From Tubiluchus corallicola (Eukaryota > Animalia > Priapulida), in the NCBI GenBank assembly GCA_030141605.1, contig JAQGDQ010000325.1, positions 224,798 to 268,783 on the forward strand: a stretch of 43,986 nt of DNA, read 5' to 3'. Positions 1 to 12,264 of this stretch are shown here, in pieces; the stretch's first letter is position 1; every line of letters starts with the position of its first letter. Position numbers and translations under genes: made by a program. The notes below the pieces were generated by a model that did not search any database, was not told the DNA's origin, and saw only the letters and a list, made by a program, of their open reading frames with translations.

Positions 1-540
1 GTAAGGTAAGGTAAGGTAAGGTAAGGTAATGTAATATAAGGTAAGGTAAGGTAAGGTAAGGTAAGGTAAGGTAAGGTAAGGTAAGGTAAGGTAAGGTAAG
101 GTAAGGTAAGGTAAGGTAGGGTAAGGTAAGGTAAGGTAAGGTAAGGTAAGGTAAGGTAAGGTATGGTAACTTAAGATAAGATAAGGTAAGGTAAGGTAAA
201 GTAAGCTCAGTTAAGGTCAATTAAGGTAAGGTAAGGTAAGGTAATGTAAGGTAAGGTGAGGTAAGGTAAAGTAAGGTGAAGTAAGATAAAGTAAGGTAAG
301 GTGTGGTAAAGTAAGGTAAGGTAAAGTAAGGTAAGGTAAGGTGAAAGTTAGGCAAGAAAACTTAAAGTAAGGTAAGGTAAGGTCAGGTAAGGTAACTTAA
401 GGTCAGGTAAGGTAAGGTCAAGTAAGGTGAGATAAGGAAAGGAGAGAAAAAAGGGAAAGGTAAAGTAAGGTAATGTAGGTAAGGTAAGGTTGGGTAATGT
501 ACGTAAAGTGAAATGAGGTAGAGGAAGCAGAAGCAAAGTG
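1..540. repeat. (GTAAG)n pentanucleotide satellite, degenerating to the right
   Basis: Near-perfect GTAAG tandem from the window start to ~345, degenerate to ~540; it produces the LTLPY-type ORFs. Confidence 0.95.
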
Positions 541-1073
541 AAGAACGATGAGATGAGGTAAGATATAGTAAAGTAAAGAATGACGAGACGGAAAAGCAGA
601 AAAGAAACTAAAATAAAAGATAGTAATGGAAAAGCAAGAAAAAAGCAACAAAATGAAAGGAAGGGTGAAATAGAAAAAAGAAGACGAGGAAAAGTGACAC
701 CAAAAGAATGTAAACTTACTATTAGCCGACTAAAATCAGCGAATATCAAAAGCATGAAACTACAGTAAAGCGTGTGCCACTTAAACCGTAACTTTCCAAA
801 TCACTAACTTCACGTGTTAACTACACTGAACATTTTTCATTATACGCATAAAAAATGATGTCTAAATGTATTCTATACATATCAACAAATCGCGCTTCTC
901 TCTCTATGTTGCACTTACTTTTAAGTAGTTCCGGGAATACAACAAATATTATTCCGCTTTTCTCGTAAAGTCCTGGGTAAACGTGACTAAAATGTCACCC
1001 ACTGACTAACGATTTGGTCAAACATCCGATTCTTGTTAGCATTGTTAAGCCTGTGATACGAATATAGGTAAAA

Positions 1074-3086
1074 ATGGGACACGGCAAAAATGACACGGTA
1101 GAGGTAAAGTATTCTCAGTTAAGGTAAGGTAAGGTAAAGTAAAGTAAGGCAAGTTAAGGTAAGGTAAAGTAAGAAAAGTACGGTAAGGTGTGGTAAAGTA
1201 AGGTAAGGTAAGGTAAAGTAACGCAAGTTCAGGTAAGGTAAAGTAAGGTAAAGTAATAAAAGTAAGGTAAGGTGCGGTAAAGTAAGGTAAGGTAAGGTAA
1301 AGCAAGGTCAGGTAAAGTAAGGTAGAGTAAGGTAAGGTAAAGGGAGGTCAGGTAAAGTAAGGTAAGGTGCGGTAAAGTAAGGTAAGGTAAGGTAAAGCAA
1401 GGTCAGGTAAAGTAAGGTAAGGTAAGGTGGTAAAGTTAAACAAGGTAACTTAAGGTTAGGTAATGTGAGGTAAGGAAAGGACAGGAAAAAGGGAAATGGC
1501 CCAGGAAAAAATGGCATGGTAAAAATGGCACAGAAAAAAAACACCACGGTAAAAACAGCATAGGTAAACATGGCGCACTTAGTAAAATATGTGTTTAGGG
1601 TTAGGGTTATAGTGGGGGAAATTGTTTTAGTTATTTCACCTCTGCCAAGGAAGTTATGCTTCAACACACTTTGCTTCTTTGTCTGTCTGTCTGTCTGTCT
1701 GTTTGTTTGTGTTTTGTCTCTTATGACAGAACTGTCTAACAGATTTCCATGAAACTTTATGAAGAAATGCGGGCTTAGGAGGTGCCAAAATGGGCATATT
1801 TTCATCGCTTGTTTTTTTTTGCAAAACTTGACCGTACACAAAAACCATTCGTGAAGCACTTCATGAGGGTCTCAGACGGAGTGTTTAGTATTTCTTTATT
1901 ATCTCCGCCAGGACATACAACTGCGAGTTAGTTCCAGGTTCCATTTCGAGACAAGCTCGCTTGAAACATTGTGTGACGCTGTCAATAACCTTCGCTTATT
2001 AATGTATAATGCCTTATAAGATCACTTAGTACGCATATATTTGTTAGACCGTTACCATCGCCAACGTTATTGGTTAAAATGGTAGCTAAAATGGTAGAAC
2101 GTTCGTGGATTATTGGTTATAAATCTATTTCATGAACAAATATTTTGTTAGTGTAAGCAAGAGTCTTTTGGTAGTGTATCTATTGCCAGTACTGCTACAT
2201 TTTTGTTTGCTTGTGTTAAATTTTTGTGTTATTTTTTTAATCAAAACAATCAGACGAACAAGTTTAGGATTGTTTGGTTTTTGCAGAGATCTGCTTCCTA
2301 CTGAGTCCATTGTAGTTTTATTATAAAATTCAATTGCATTAAAATAGCGTACGTGTCATTTTTTCCCACTTTTCCATTTGTGCCATTTTTTCCTGCAATT
2401 TTTGCCTGTGCCATTTTTTCTTATGCCACTTTTACCGTGTCATTTTTCCTATGCCACTTTTACCGTGCCATTTTTTTCTGCAATTTTTACTTGTGCCATT
2501 TTTTCTTACGCCACTTTTACCGTGCCGTTTTTTCCTATGCCACTTTTACCGTGCCGTTTTTTCTTATGCCACTTTTACCGTGTGACTTTTTCCTATGCCA
2601 CTTTTACCGTGCCGTTTTTTCTTATGCCACTTTTACCGTGTGACTTTTTCCTATGCCACTTTTACCGTGTGACTTTTTCCTATGCCACTTTTACCGTGAT
2701 ATTTTTTCCTGCAATTTTTACCTGTGCCATTTTTATTCTTACGCCACTTTTACCGTGCCGCTTTTTCCTATGCCCTTTTACCTTGCCATTCATTCTTACG
2801 CCACTTTTACTCTGCCATTTTTCCTATGCCACTTTTACCCTGCCATTTTTACTGCGCCACTTTTACCCTGCCATTTTTCTTATGCCACTTTTACCCTGCC
2901 ATTTTTCCTATGCCTCTTTTACCCTGCCATTTTTGCTGCCCCACTTTTACCCTGCATTTTTTTTGCAATTTTTACCTGTGCCATTTTTTCTTACACCACT
3001 TTTACCCTGCCATTTTTACTATGCCACTTTTACCCTGCCATTTTTTCTTACGCCACTTTTACCGTGCCTGCCATTTTTACTGCGCA
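1074..3086. mobile_element. Foldback/MITE-like element with repetitive inverted arms and nested insertions
   Basis: GGTAAAAATGGCAC-type units at 1066-1100 and 1484-1578 are mirrored by many TGCCATTTTTACC / TGCCACTTTTACC units at 2353-3086. A GTAAG tract (1085-1478) interrupts the left arm. Ends are approximate. Confidence 0.6.
1631..1890 (+). mobile_element. Helentron-associated non-autonomous element (HINE/DINE-1-like)
   Basis: Starts TTATTTCACCTCTGCCAAGGAAGTTATG, then a (GTCT)n/(GTTT)n tract, then AGATTTCCATGAAACTTT. This is the recalled layout of that family. A second start motif, TTATTATCTCCGCCAGG, lies at 1896-1912. Confidence 0.6.
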
Positions 3087-3599
3087 CGCTATGAATACAC
3101 CAAAGCTTCCAGCGTCTGACGTCCATGGCCAGCGTCTAGAAGCGAGAACGAAAGCATACATTGTCAAATATACTGTGATGAACTCAAATCATTCTGTTCT
3201 CTAACTCATGTTCCTATTGACTAACTTTATTAACTAAACCTAATTAAATGGAGTTGAAAAAAACACGAATTCAAGGTTTTTAAAAAGAGAAAAATTTCTG
3301 TTTATTCACAAATTTTACAGCCAAGCAAAGCAGTTAATACGTATTATATTTTTCTAATAATTCACTGTTTCATACACGTTTATCCGTGAAATGCACGTAG
3401 GTATATTTATACAATTAAAAACATGTTTTTTTAACGGGCAATGCAAAATACAACGTGTCCACAGAGAAGCACACGTTACATAAACGCATCCCAACTACTT
3501 GGGTATAATTTTTCACTTTAAAACAGTAAAACAAACGTTAGAGGTTAAAACAGTTTACAATATCTGCTCATTTATAAAAATAATATAATCACAATAATG

Positions 3600-4086
3600 C
3601 GTTGTAATGCTGTTACAATATTGTTACAACAACAGTGCAATATTGTCATAACATTGTTACAACAACAGTGCAATATTGTCATAACATTGTTACAACAACA
3701 GTGCAATATTGTTTCAACATTGTTACAACAACAGTGCAATATTGTTACAACATTGTTATAACAACAGTGCAATATTGTTACAACATTGTTGCAAGAACAT
3801 TGCAATATTGTAACAACATTGTTACAACAACAGTGCAATATTGTTACAACATTGTTACAACAACAGTGCTATATTGTTACAACATTGCTACCACAACAGT
3901 GCAATATTGTTACAACAAGAGTGCAATATTGTAACAACATTGTTACAACAACAGTACAACATTATTACAACAGTGCAATATTATTACAACATTGTTACAA
4001 CAATAGTGCAATATTGTTACAACATTGTTACAGCAACAATGCAATATTGTTATAAGATTGTTACAACAACAGTGTAATATTGTTAC
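3600..4086. repeat. 33-bp minisatellite, ~14 copies
   Basis: Unit GTGCAATATTGTTACAACATTGTTACAACAACA, with internal palindrome CAATATTG. Confidence 0.93.
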
Positions 4087-4829
4087 TGATGGAATACATC
4101 TGACATCAGTTGAATTTGTTTTTGTGTAATTAAACTTTTATTTTTCTACTTTTAAAACAATCTGTAACACAAATATAAACTAAATTTACAAATTCTCAAT
4201 CAATTTTGTTCACCAGAAATATAAAATTTTTCTACACCGTGAGATTCATAAAGTTTTTCAAATTTCATTGATATAATTTATGTAATGCGTGTTTCTCTTT
4301 GTATCTGTTATCTACTGTATTGTATTATTGGTCAATGAACTTGTATTGACTATTAAATTAGTTAATTAATTATGAAAATAATTAGTTACGAACACCCACA
4401 TAGCTTAATAGAATGGTTAGCCACTATTAATATAGAGAGATGATAACAAGTGTGCAGCATACAATCGATATGAAGGAATTTTTTTACCTGAATACCAAAG
4501 AGAAGCATTCAATTAAAAAAATGAACCGGTACTTGTCTATATTATTGATAACTCGTGTGTACGTTGCATAATTTCGAGACGAGTTTGGATGGTTGACTTA
4601 CCAGCGTTTTACACACATTACTAGAGATTTATCTTAAAAATAATTTGAGCAAAAAACACAAAGACGTTATACCCACTAACTAACCGCTGCATCATTCGAA
4701 AATCACAAAATAGACAGTTATAATCTATGATAGATAATTACTATAATTACCTGGAAGATTACTATTACAAGTCTATACTCAGGGCATTATTATAACCTTC
4801 GCACCCTCTTGGGCTAATGAAATTATGGG

Positions 4830-5164
4830 CCCCCTCAGATGGAGCCACCCTCCAACTCCCCAGCACCCCCTCAGATGGAGCCACCCTCCAACTAGCCAGC
4901 ACTCTCTCAGATGGAGCCACCCTCGAACTCGCCAGCACCCCCTCAGATGGACCCACCCTCCAACTAGCCAGCACTCTCTCAGATGGAGCCACCCTCCAAC
5001 TCGCCAGCACCCCCTCAGATGGAGCCACCCTCCAACTCGCCAGCACCCCCTCAGATGGAGCCACCCTCCAACTAGCCAGCACTCTCGCAGATGGAGCCAC
5101 CCTCCAACTCGCCAGCACCCCCTCAGATGGAGCCACCCTCCAACTCGCCAGCACCCCCTCAGAA
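4830..5164. repeat. 36-bp GC-rich minisatellite, ~9 copies
   Basis: Unit CCCCTCAGATGGAGCCACCCTCCAACTCGCCAGCAC, head to tail with no spacers. Confidence 0.95.
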
Positions 5165-5819
5165 CCTAATCGAACAAGACAAGAAATGATTCTTCGCAAA
5201 TAAAGCTTTAAAAATTCGTACTGAAATTTGTATCACTTAGTTGCTGTCCTATTGCATGCAGTGCTTGCGATTGCAGTAACACTGTATAAAACTTCTAAAT
5301 TTAAACACCCACGATGACCGTTAGACGCAGCCATTTTAATGGGAGGTCGTCTGAAACAAGTTTAGTTAACATTTCGTAAAGTTTGAAAAAATAATCGTAT
5401 TCGTAGAACACACTTCACTAACTAAACAAAAGTTTAAATTTATATTGTCGATAAAATCAATAATGTCTTTTTGGTGAATCAGTGGTGCACACTGGGATGC
5501 TGATACAGTGTCGTCTTACCAGGGGCCGTTTTACCTAGAAGTTTTTAAATTACTAGGAATTTTTCCAAACACATAAGTTTTTTATGCAGCTAATTATAAT
5601 GCTAAGTAATATAACATTGCATGGAAAGTCCTTTGGGATGGGATCTACTTCAAAATTCCCTTTCTATCCCCTTTAAAAATCCTGATTTTCAAAACTGAGC
5701 AAACGAAAAGGTGGAAGATCTTTTCATAATATAATATATCTTTTCTATAGGCTAGTGTCATCAATAGTTAAGAACACGACAACTTTATTAAAACTTTTAC
5801 ATTAAAAGTTAAAAACATG

Positions 5820-5848
5820 CCAAACGTTTCGACAGTCATTATCGGTGG
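5820..5848 (-). other. Heavily decayed Penelope-type minimal hammerhead motif
   Basis: Minus strand reads CCA-CCGATAA-TGACTGTC-GAAACGTT-TGG: a degenerate CTGANGA core, collapsed stem II, GAAAC with palindromic AACGTT, then AATAAA ~30 nt downstream. Confidence 0.35.
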
Positions 5849-5921
5849 TAAATTTACAAACATACAACCACTTTATATAAGCAGAGCGTATAGTCTGTCT
5901 GCATATAGTATTATTAATTAA

Positions 5922-6557
5922 CCCTTATAGGTTCACCGGGGGGGGGGGGGGGGGTAAAAAAATTACCTCCAGACTGGTTTTTTGCATTTTACCCTTTTAC
6001 CATATGCATCCCAGTAAACCTTTTCTATGATTTTTTCTAAATATGTTTTGTGCACAAAATACTTTCAGTTATTTATTTTAGGCGCATTGTCTCACCACGA
6101 AATAAAAGTGAAAATGCAATATGTCGATTTTTTAAAATAGTCAAAACTTTACTTCGCTTGTCTATACATTATACGGACGATGTATCTGATAAAACAAAAT
6201 GTCAGTTACTCAAATTACTCCACCTAAAAGAAGAAAGTAGTAGACAATAAATTCAAAATAACAATGATTTTTGCACACGCGCTAGCAATGTCGGTTGTCT
6301 ACAGTTATTCCAGCATAGATAAGGGAACGTAACTAAGTGAATTTAAATTTCGTATTACTAGTAAGTCACATATCTTTAAGCAGAGGTATAATGTATCCTA
6401 TGGTGGTCAACATAACCACAAATTATGCTGTTGCTGTTTACTAATGGAACACGGCGGTTTATCAAAAGTAATTTACGAATTATGGTGGGGGTAATTTTTT
6501 ATCCCCCCCCCCACCGGTTACCAAAATCGGCTGTAAAAAATCGTGACCCTATAAAGG
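5922..6557. mobile_element. Non-autonomous piggyBac-type element (MITE)
   Basis: TTAA at 5918-5921 and 6558-6561. TIR CCCTTATAGGTTCAC / GTGACCCTATAAAGG matches 13/15. Asymmetrically spaced internal inverted repeat G(n)TAAAAAAATTACC / GGTAATTTTTTATC(n). Confidence 0.85.
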
Positions 6558-7037
6558 TTAAGTAGTTAACAGAAGCCAAAGCACTTATTGAATAAGCAGA
6601 TCAGTAAAGAAATTGATACAGTAACTACCACAGTAACTACTTTTAATGTAGACGATTTAATAAAGTTGTGTTGTTTTTAACTATAAATGTTTAAACTGCC
6701 TGCAATAAAAATTGACTTAGTATCATTAAATAGTTACAGTTTCCATAAGTCTCCTTTTTACATATAATTACATAAATAATCAACATCTTAATTAGCTATA
6801 TATACACAAATAATAGCTTAACTTCATAGATGTATCGCTTTCTTCTCTCTGAATTACACATCTATTTACAATTGTGTTAATATCTAAGATTAAGATCAAA
6901 TTTAACGTAATAATATATTTGTATTAATAGGAAGCGTGCTTCAAAATTGCTTCAAAGACGTCTATAAACTGATGAAACGGCAACAGGAAAAAATGGCTCT
7001 TTCTTAGAATTGCAACTTTTAAACCTCATCTTGCCTG

Positions 7038-7617
7038 CTCGATTCCAGACCAGACTTTCCTACGTTTTAACACGGCTTTTCACGTCTTTTTACGTTTTTA
7101 CACGTCTGAAAATACGTGCATGAAGTGTCTAGACATTGCAAAAACGGCGAGAAATAGTGGGAAATACCCGATATCGTGGCAAAGCACGTGCTTGTGAAGC
7201 CGTGAAATCGTTGGAAAACGTGTTCCGTGCACACAGTTGAAGACAAATGATAGAAGTGAAACGTTCATAAGTCTGCCGAGTTTAGTAACCTGATACAGAG
7301 CTGTGTCAACTAGTCGTGCAAATCTGTGTGAAATAGCACGGACTCGAATAAATATGTATAAGCGATCTGCCGATAAATGAAGACGCGTGAAAATGACAAC
7401 GGAATCAGTGTGAAGCCATATTAAAATGCCTTAATATGTGTGAATTTAAATTAATATGCAAAAGAGCATGTAAGCCAAAGTTGAAAGTTCACCTGATAGC
7501 ACGTGAGGCACTATGAATATGTGTGACGAAGTGTTAAGCCGTTAGCAAAGTTTAAAAATGTAGGAAGCCAGCCCGTGAAAGCTCGTGAAGCCGTGTAAAA
7601 CATGTTTAGCGAACGAG
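7038..7617. mobile_element. MITE-like inverted-repeat element in the putative GPCR 3' UTR
   Basis: GTTTTAACACGGCTTTTCACG (7064-7084) pairs with CGTGAAGCCGTGTAAAAC (7584-7601); outer ends CTCG...CGAG; CACG/CGTG-rich interior. Confidence 0.6.
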
Positions 7618-7639
7618 AACTTCTTCGTAGCTTGATTTT

Positions 7640-8134
7640 CTAATGATTTTTTTGACCATTGTGGAAGTGGTCCTGCTGTGCATCATTTTCACCAGCTTTC
7701 AATGGCTGCTGCTGCCCCCTGGTGTCGGGACCAAGAAACTTGTACTTTTCACCGCTCATCTGCTTCCCCGCAGTGTAAGCTGCAGTTCTAGGGTTGCCGG
7801 CGTGTGTTGAAAACGAACTGCACTTGATGACGCCATTTTCCACTCCGGTTTGCGTGTGCAGTTCGATGTTTGTGACGCCTGTCGGTAGGCGGCAGCACGG
7901 GAGAAAGCGGAACACGTACCGGAAGCCGTTGCGAAACTTGGAGTTCATGTAGCAGTAGATGAAGGGGTTGCAGCAACTATGACTCATTCCCAGCCAATGA
8001 CAGACAAACCACACGTATTGAATGTTGGCGAAACTCCATATTTGCGGGAGAAGATCGCCAAGAATGAGGAGGAGGTTGAGCGGTAACCATAGCAACGCAA
8101 ACATAACCACCACCGTGATCATCATTTTGATCAT
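7640..8134 (-). CDS. Neuropeptide GPCR (luqin/RYamide receptor-like), coding exon 2: TM6, TM7 and C-tail
   Basis: Acceptor TGTTTTTCTTTTCAG|ATG ATC AAA ATG. Encodes MIKMMITVVVMFALLWLP (TM6), HWLGMSHSCCNPFIYCYMNSKFR (TM7, NPxxY, helix 8) and a CC palmitoylation candidate; TAG at 7642-7640; 164 aa. Confidence 0.95.
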   Translation of the reverse strand: MIKMMITVVVMFALLWLPLNLLLILGDLLPQIWSFANIQYVWFVCHWLGMSHSCCNPFIYCYMNSKFRNGFRYVFRFLPCCRLPTGVTNIELHTQTGVENGVIKCSSFSTHAGNPRTAAYTAGKQMSGEKYKFLGPDTRGQQQPLKAGENDAQQDHFHNGQKNH

Positions 8135-8377
8135 CTGAAAAGAAAAACAGCAATTCTTAATTATACACGTGAAATAATTATGGATCAAATAGCTAAGTTT
8201 CCAATTTTACGGAGCTTCATGAAAACAATTTCCAAAAGTTTGAATTTTTTCGTCTGCTTGGATAACGTTGCCATAGTAACACTTGTGGCGCCAACTAAGT
8301 TTCTCTTCTGATTTAAGGAGTTTAAACATCAACTTACCTCAAAATTTAGAGAAGCTTCATAGAAGCTGAAAACTAGT

Positions 8378-8950
8378 AAACGAATAAACGTACGAACGAA
8401 GAAAGAAGGAAAGAACGAACGAATACACGAACAAACAGACAGACCACTGAACGAAAAATGAATGAACGAACGAATACACGAACAAACAGACAGACCTCCG
8501 AACGAAAAATGAATGAACGAACGAATGAAGGAAGAAGGTAAGAACGAACGAATACACAAACAAACAGACAGACGGCCGAGCGAAAAAAGAATGAATGAAC
8601 GAATGAAGGAAGAAGGAAAGAACGAACGAGTACACGAACAAACAGACCGACCACCGAACGAAAAATAAACGAACGAACGAATGAAGGAAGAAGGTAAGAA
8701 CGAACGAATACACAAACAAACAGACAAACATCCGAAAGAAAAATGAATGAACGAACGAAGCAATGAACGAGTGAACGAAGAGACGGACTACCGAACGAAA
8801 AATGAATGAACAAACGATGGGTGGACGGACGAACAAATAGGCGGGCAGGTAGCAGTCACTGAGAGAGACAGAAACAAAAAAAACTAACAAACAAACAAGT
8901 AGTAAGCAACCAATTAACAAAACCAGGAGTAAGTCAACAAACAACGACTG
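8378..8950. repeat. Compound tetranucleotide repeat (GAAC/GAAT/CAAA/CAGA) with a higher-order unit
   Basis: Recurrent block GAAGGAAGAAGG(T/A)AAGAACGAACGAATACAC...ACCGAACGAAAAATGAATGAACG. Confidence 0.88.
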
Positions 8951-9175
8951 TATTTTGCGACACTTGGCGGAGCCACTTACCCTGATAAAATGTGTCAGAA
9001 GTTAATCACATTCAATAAGCAACGTTTTGTCGAAATAATTATCATTTGATTTTTCAAGATCAAATAGGCTTCATGCTACAAGATCTGCAGGTCTGCACAC
9101 ACAGCAATTAATGGGGATAACTTGACGTATTCGATTACACTGTTGCAGTACACATACATAAAACCACACAATGTT

Positions 9176-9368
9176 GAACAATGTGAACCACCCTTTAGGT
9201 ACGCTACGAGGAACCTAATTAACTTTGTAGATTTTTAGCTACAAAAAATCCAAACGCACACAAAGGAAAACTCAGAACAGTGTGAACCACCCTTTAGGTA
9301 CGCTACGAGGTACCTAATTACCTTTAGAGATCTTTGACTACACAAAAACAAACGCACACAAAGGTAAA
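9176..9368. repeat. ~99-bp tandem duplication containing a hairpin
   Basis: Two copies of GAACA(A/G)TGTGAACCACCCTTTAGGTACGCTACGAGG(A/T)ACCTAATTA...AAACGCACACAAAGG. Confidence 0.85.
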
Positions 9369-9419
9369 TTATAAATGTAAACCCAACGGGCAAGAAAATA
9401 TTCTGGGCCTAACAATTAA

Positions 9420-10269
9420 GGTCCGTTCACACAACTGACTGCAGCGACAGCGACAGCGAAGGTTTTATGTTGTTTACCAAACGTAAAATAATTAACTTTG
9501 TAGTTTTACATAATTGCAAAGCTTACGTTGGTCACAATAGTGCTCTTATCATCTTGTCATGGGTACAAATTTTACGTAATATGCTGATCACAATAACGAG
9601 CTTATCACCTTTACATGGCTAGAAATCTTATGTAATATGCTGATCACAATAATAAACTTATCACCTTTACATGGCTAGAAATCTTACGTAATATGCTGAT
9701 CACAATAATAAACTTATCACCTTGCATGGCTAGAAATCTTATGTAATATGCTGATCACAATATTATCACCTTTACATGGCTGAAACACCGATTGTAAGTA
9801 TGTTGTTAGAGGCTATGTCGGTAATCATGTTTACATGGCATCTAGTCTTACCAACCACAACTAAATGTCCCCAATAAGCTTTTGTTGTCACATCTGCATG
9901 TTTTTATTACGTTCAAATTACATTTACATAGAACCTACCATTAACTGTTCATGAGTTTCATTTTACTTATTAAGTAATAACTTTTAGTTGTTAAAACAAT
10001 AAGTCACAGTTACGTGGCCTGTGAGTTTATAGCTATTGAAGTGCTTCGTGTGTTTCTTGGCAAGCCCAGCACCAGAATGGAATAGTCCGCCTACCAACCT
10101 ATGCTGGATTATCCGACAAACCCAAAAGTATTGACTATTCTCATATATGCTCCCTACCGAAAGGCACACTACACTGTTTAACTACGTAAACGCGTCAGGC
10201 AAATTCTGCAGGCTAAAAGGATAAATGCTTGACCATTGCCGTTGCTGTAGCCAGACGTGTGAACGGACG
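9420..10269. mobile_element. Harbinger/PIF-like MITE containing a 56-bp tandem array
   Basis: Left end TAA|GGTCCGTTCACAC...CTGCAGCGACAGCG; right end CCGTTGCTGTAGCCAGACGTGTGAACGGACG. About 4.5 copies of a 56-bp unit at ~9530-9782. No clean right TSD. Confidence 0.6.
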
Positions 10270-11280
10270 AGCAGTAGACATGAGGCTGCAAACAAAGAAC
10301 ACAACAACCTGTCCGTATCACAGCCATTTTGAACATCTCTTCTGAAAAATTTATAAGAAGAACCTTACGATATCCTAGCTCGTTAACTTCTATTGTAAAA
10401 TCTTTGATATTTTCATTTATAATTTAAATGAACGCTTAATAATTGTCTTTAATCTTCAATAATTTAATCGATTTTATCAAGTGTAATTGCTAATTTTCCG
10501 CCGTATTTGCTCTTCTTCTTGGTCACGATTAATTTTTTCACTTCGTAAGGATTCTACTGTGTCTGTGTCCCATTTATAGACTGATTATTGGGACGATAGT
10601 CCAACCTCTGAAAGGCTTAGAAAGTTTGGCGACAGATGCCGCCACTATCCAGCGTTCAAATGGGAGAATGCATTGACTCGTCGGCGTCGTCGTATAAAAA
10701 TTTCAATCTTGTGTATACTAGCTTTTTCCAGGTATGTGCCTAGGTTTAAATGCTACGCGTGCGCAGAAACACCTGTTCAAAAAGTGGGACCACGTTCTAA
10801 ATAAAATTGAATTGAATTGAATAATGCAAATTAGTCTGCATGGCAAACAATGGGCGCCATATGTTGTGGAATACAAAAATGCAAAAATAGTCCTTGAGGG
10901 ACGCATTTTTGAAATAATGTTCTAAAAGTAGGCTAGCACTCACTCTCTCTGCGCATGCGCGCTACTGAAATCTATGACTTGCCTATGTGAACACTGGTTA
11001 GTATTTTGGATGTCCAAAATTAGTGATACAGGTTAGAATCACGTCAAAAATGCAAACTTCAAGCCATGGCAGTGAATTTAATGCAATGCACAGCACACAG
11101 TAGCTCTCGTATGGCTTATGCCCTACGTGTTACTTAAAGAATTTACCTTGGAACAATCTATAGTACTTTGTCCTGATAAAATAGCCTGAAAACGAAATTT
11201 TGCATGAAAATAACGCAAAAAATTTAAAGTATAATTACTATTAACATAAAGATAATCATTAAAAATTACAATGATTTAAA

Positions 11281-11630
11281 CTGTATCTGTGTCTGTATCT
11301 GTGTCTGTATTTGTATCTGTGTCTGTATCTGTGACTGTGTCTGTGTCTGTGTCTGTGTCTGTCTCTGTATCTGTATCTGTATCTGTGTCTCCATCTGTGT
11401 CTATGTCTGTGTCCGTATCTGTACCCGTACCCGTACCCGTACGCGTATCCGTACGCGTATCCGTATCCGTATCCGTATCCGTATCCGTATCCATATCTGT
11501 ATCTGTATCTATATCTGTATCTGTATCCATATCATCACCACCATCATCATCGTCGTCGTCATCATCATCATCATCTTCGTCATCATCATCATCATCACCA
11601 TCATCAAAACAACACTATCATCATCATCAT
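11281..11630. repeat. Compound hexamer (TATCTG/TGTCTG/TATCCG) and (TCA)n microsatellite
   Basis: Direct inspection. Confidence 0.93.
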
Positions 11631-12264
11631 GTTTCGTTCTGTACGTTGTTATTGGTAAGATTTCTATGAACAAAGATGTTTCGAATGGAAGATGATATTC
11701 ACCACTCAAAAACTCAGTTTAAAAGCAAAATTCACATAACGGCTAAGTAGACGCAGTAAAGATATTCTTTATTTGAACGTTCAACATCAAAGGCGTATGA
11801 GAGGACTTTCCCAATAAAGAAAGGCTTCTAAAATGCTGGCTGCAAGTTTTTAACAGAAGCGTGACTTTTGACGAAAGGTGTTGCTTTGGGCTCAGCGTAA
11901 AATCTCTGCATTAAAGCAGGTAAAAAAGCATCAAAGCGGGTAGAAAAGCTGACAATCTTTCCTTGCAAAAGTTTCTCCAAAAAGTTTACTGCTCTTAGAA
12001 TTAAATACCTGCGTAAAAACAACAGAATATAGCACAGTAAGGAATCAATATGGTAAAGTATATTCAACGAAACTTTACTGAATTCCATAACAAAGCAGTT
12101 CTTGAGAAAAACTGGACGTTAACTCGGGTTTGTCTAACGAAAAATCGATAAATTCCAACAAAAATTAAGTAAAATTAGATTTTTTCTGATTACGTAGCCC
12201 AAAACATTTTTTATACTCAACAAGAGGGGGTGTAGGATTGACTGGCCACCTACCTGATGTGCAG

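Noticed and set aside
4830-5164. CRISPR array (36-bp repeats; also the 32-, 36- and 41-bp arrays)
   Set aside because: Units are head to tail with no unique spacers, there are no cas genes, and the context is eukaryotic.
6969-6992. Hammerhead at CTGATGA...GAAA
   Set aside because: No stem II and no flanking helices.
8135-8188. N-terminal extension of ORF 7640..8188
   Set aside because: It is intronic and contains the pyrimidine tract and acceptor.
9290-9320. HDV-like ribozyme around minus-strand CCTCGT
   Set aside because: Forms only a simple 8-bp hairpin; the P1/P2/P3 pseudoknot could not be built.
11828-12088. 86-aa ORF (and 23206-23472) as extra exons or transposase pieces
   Set aside because: No recognisable motif, and the GPCR is complete without them.
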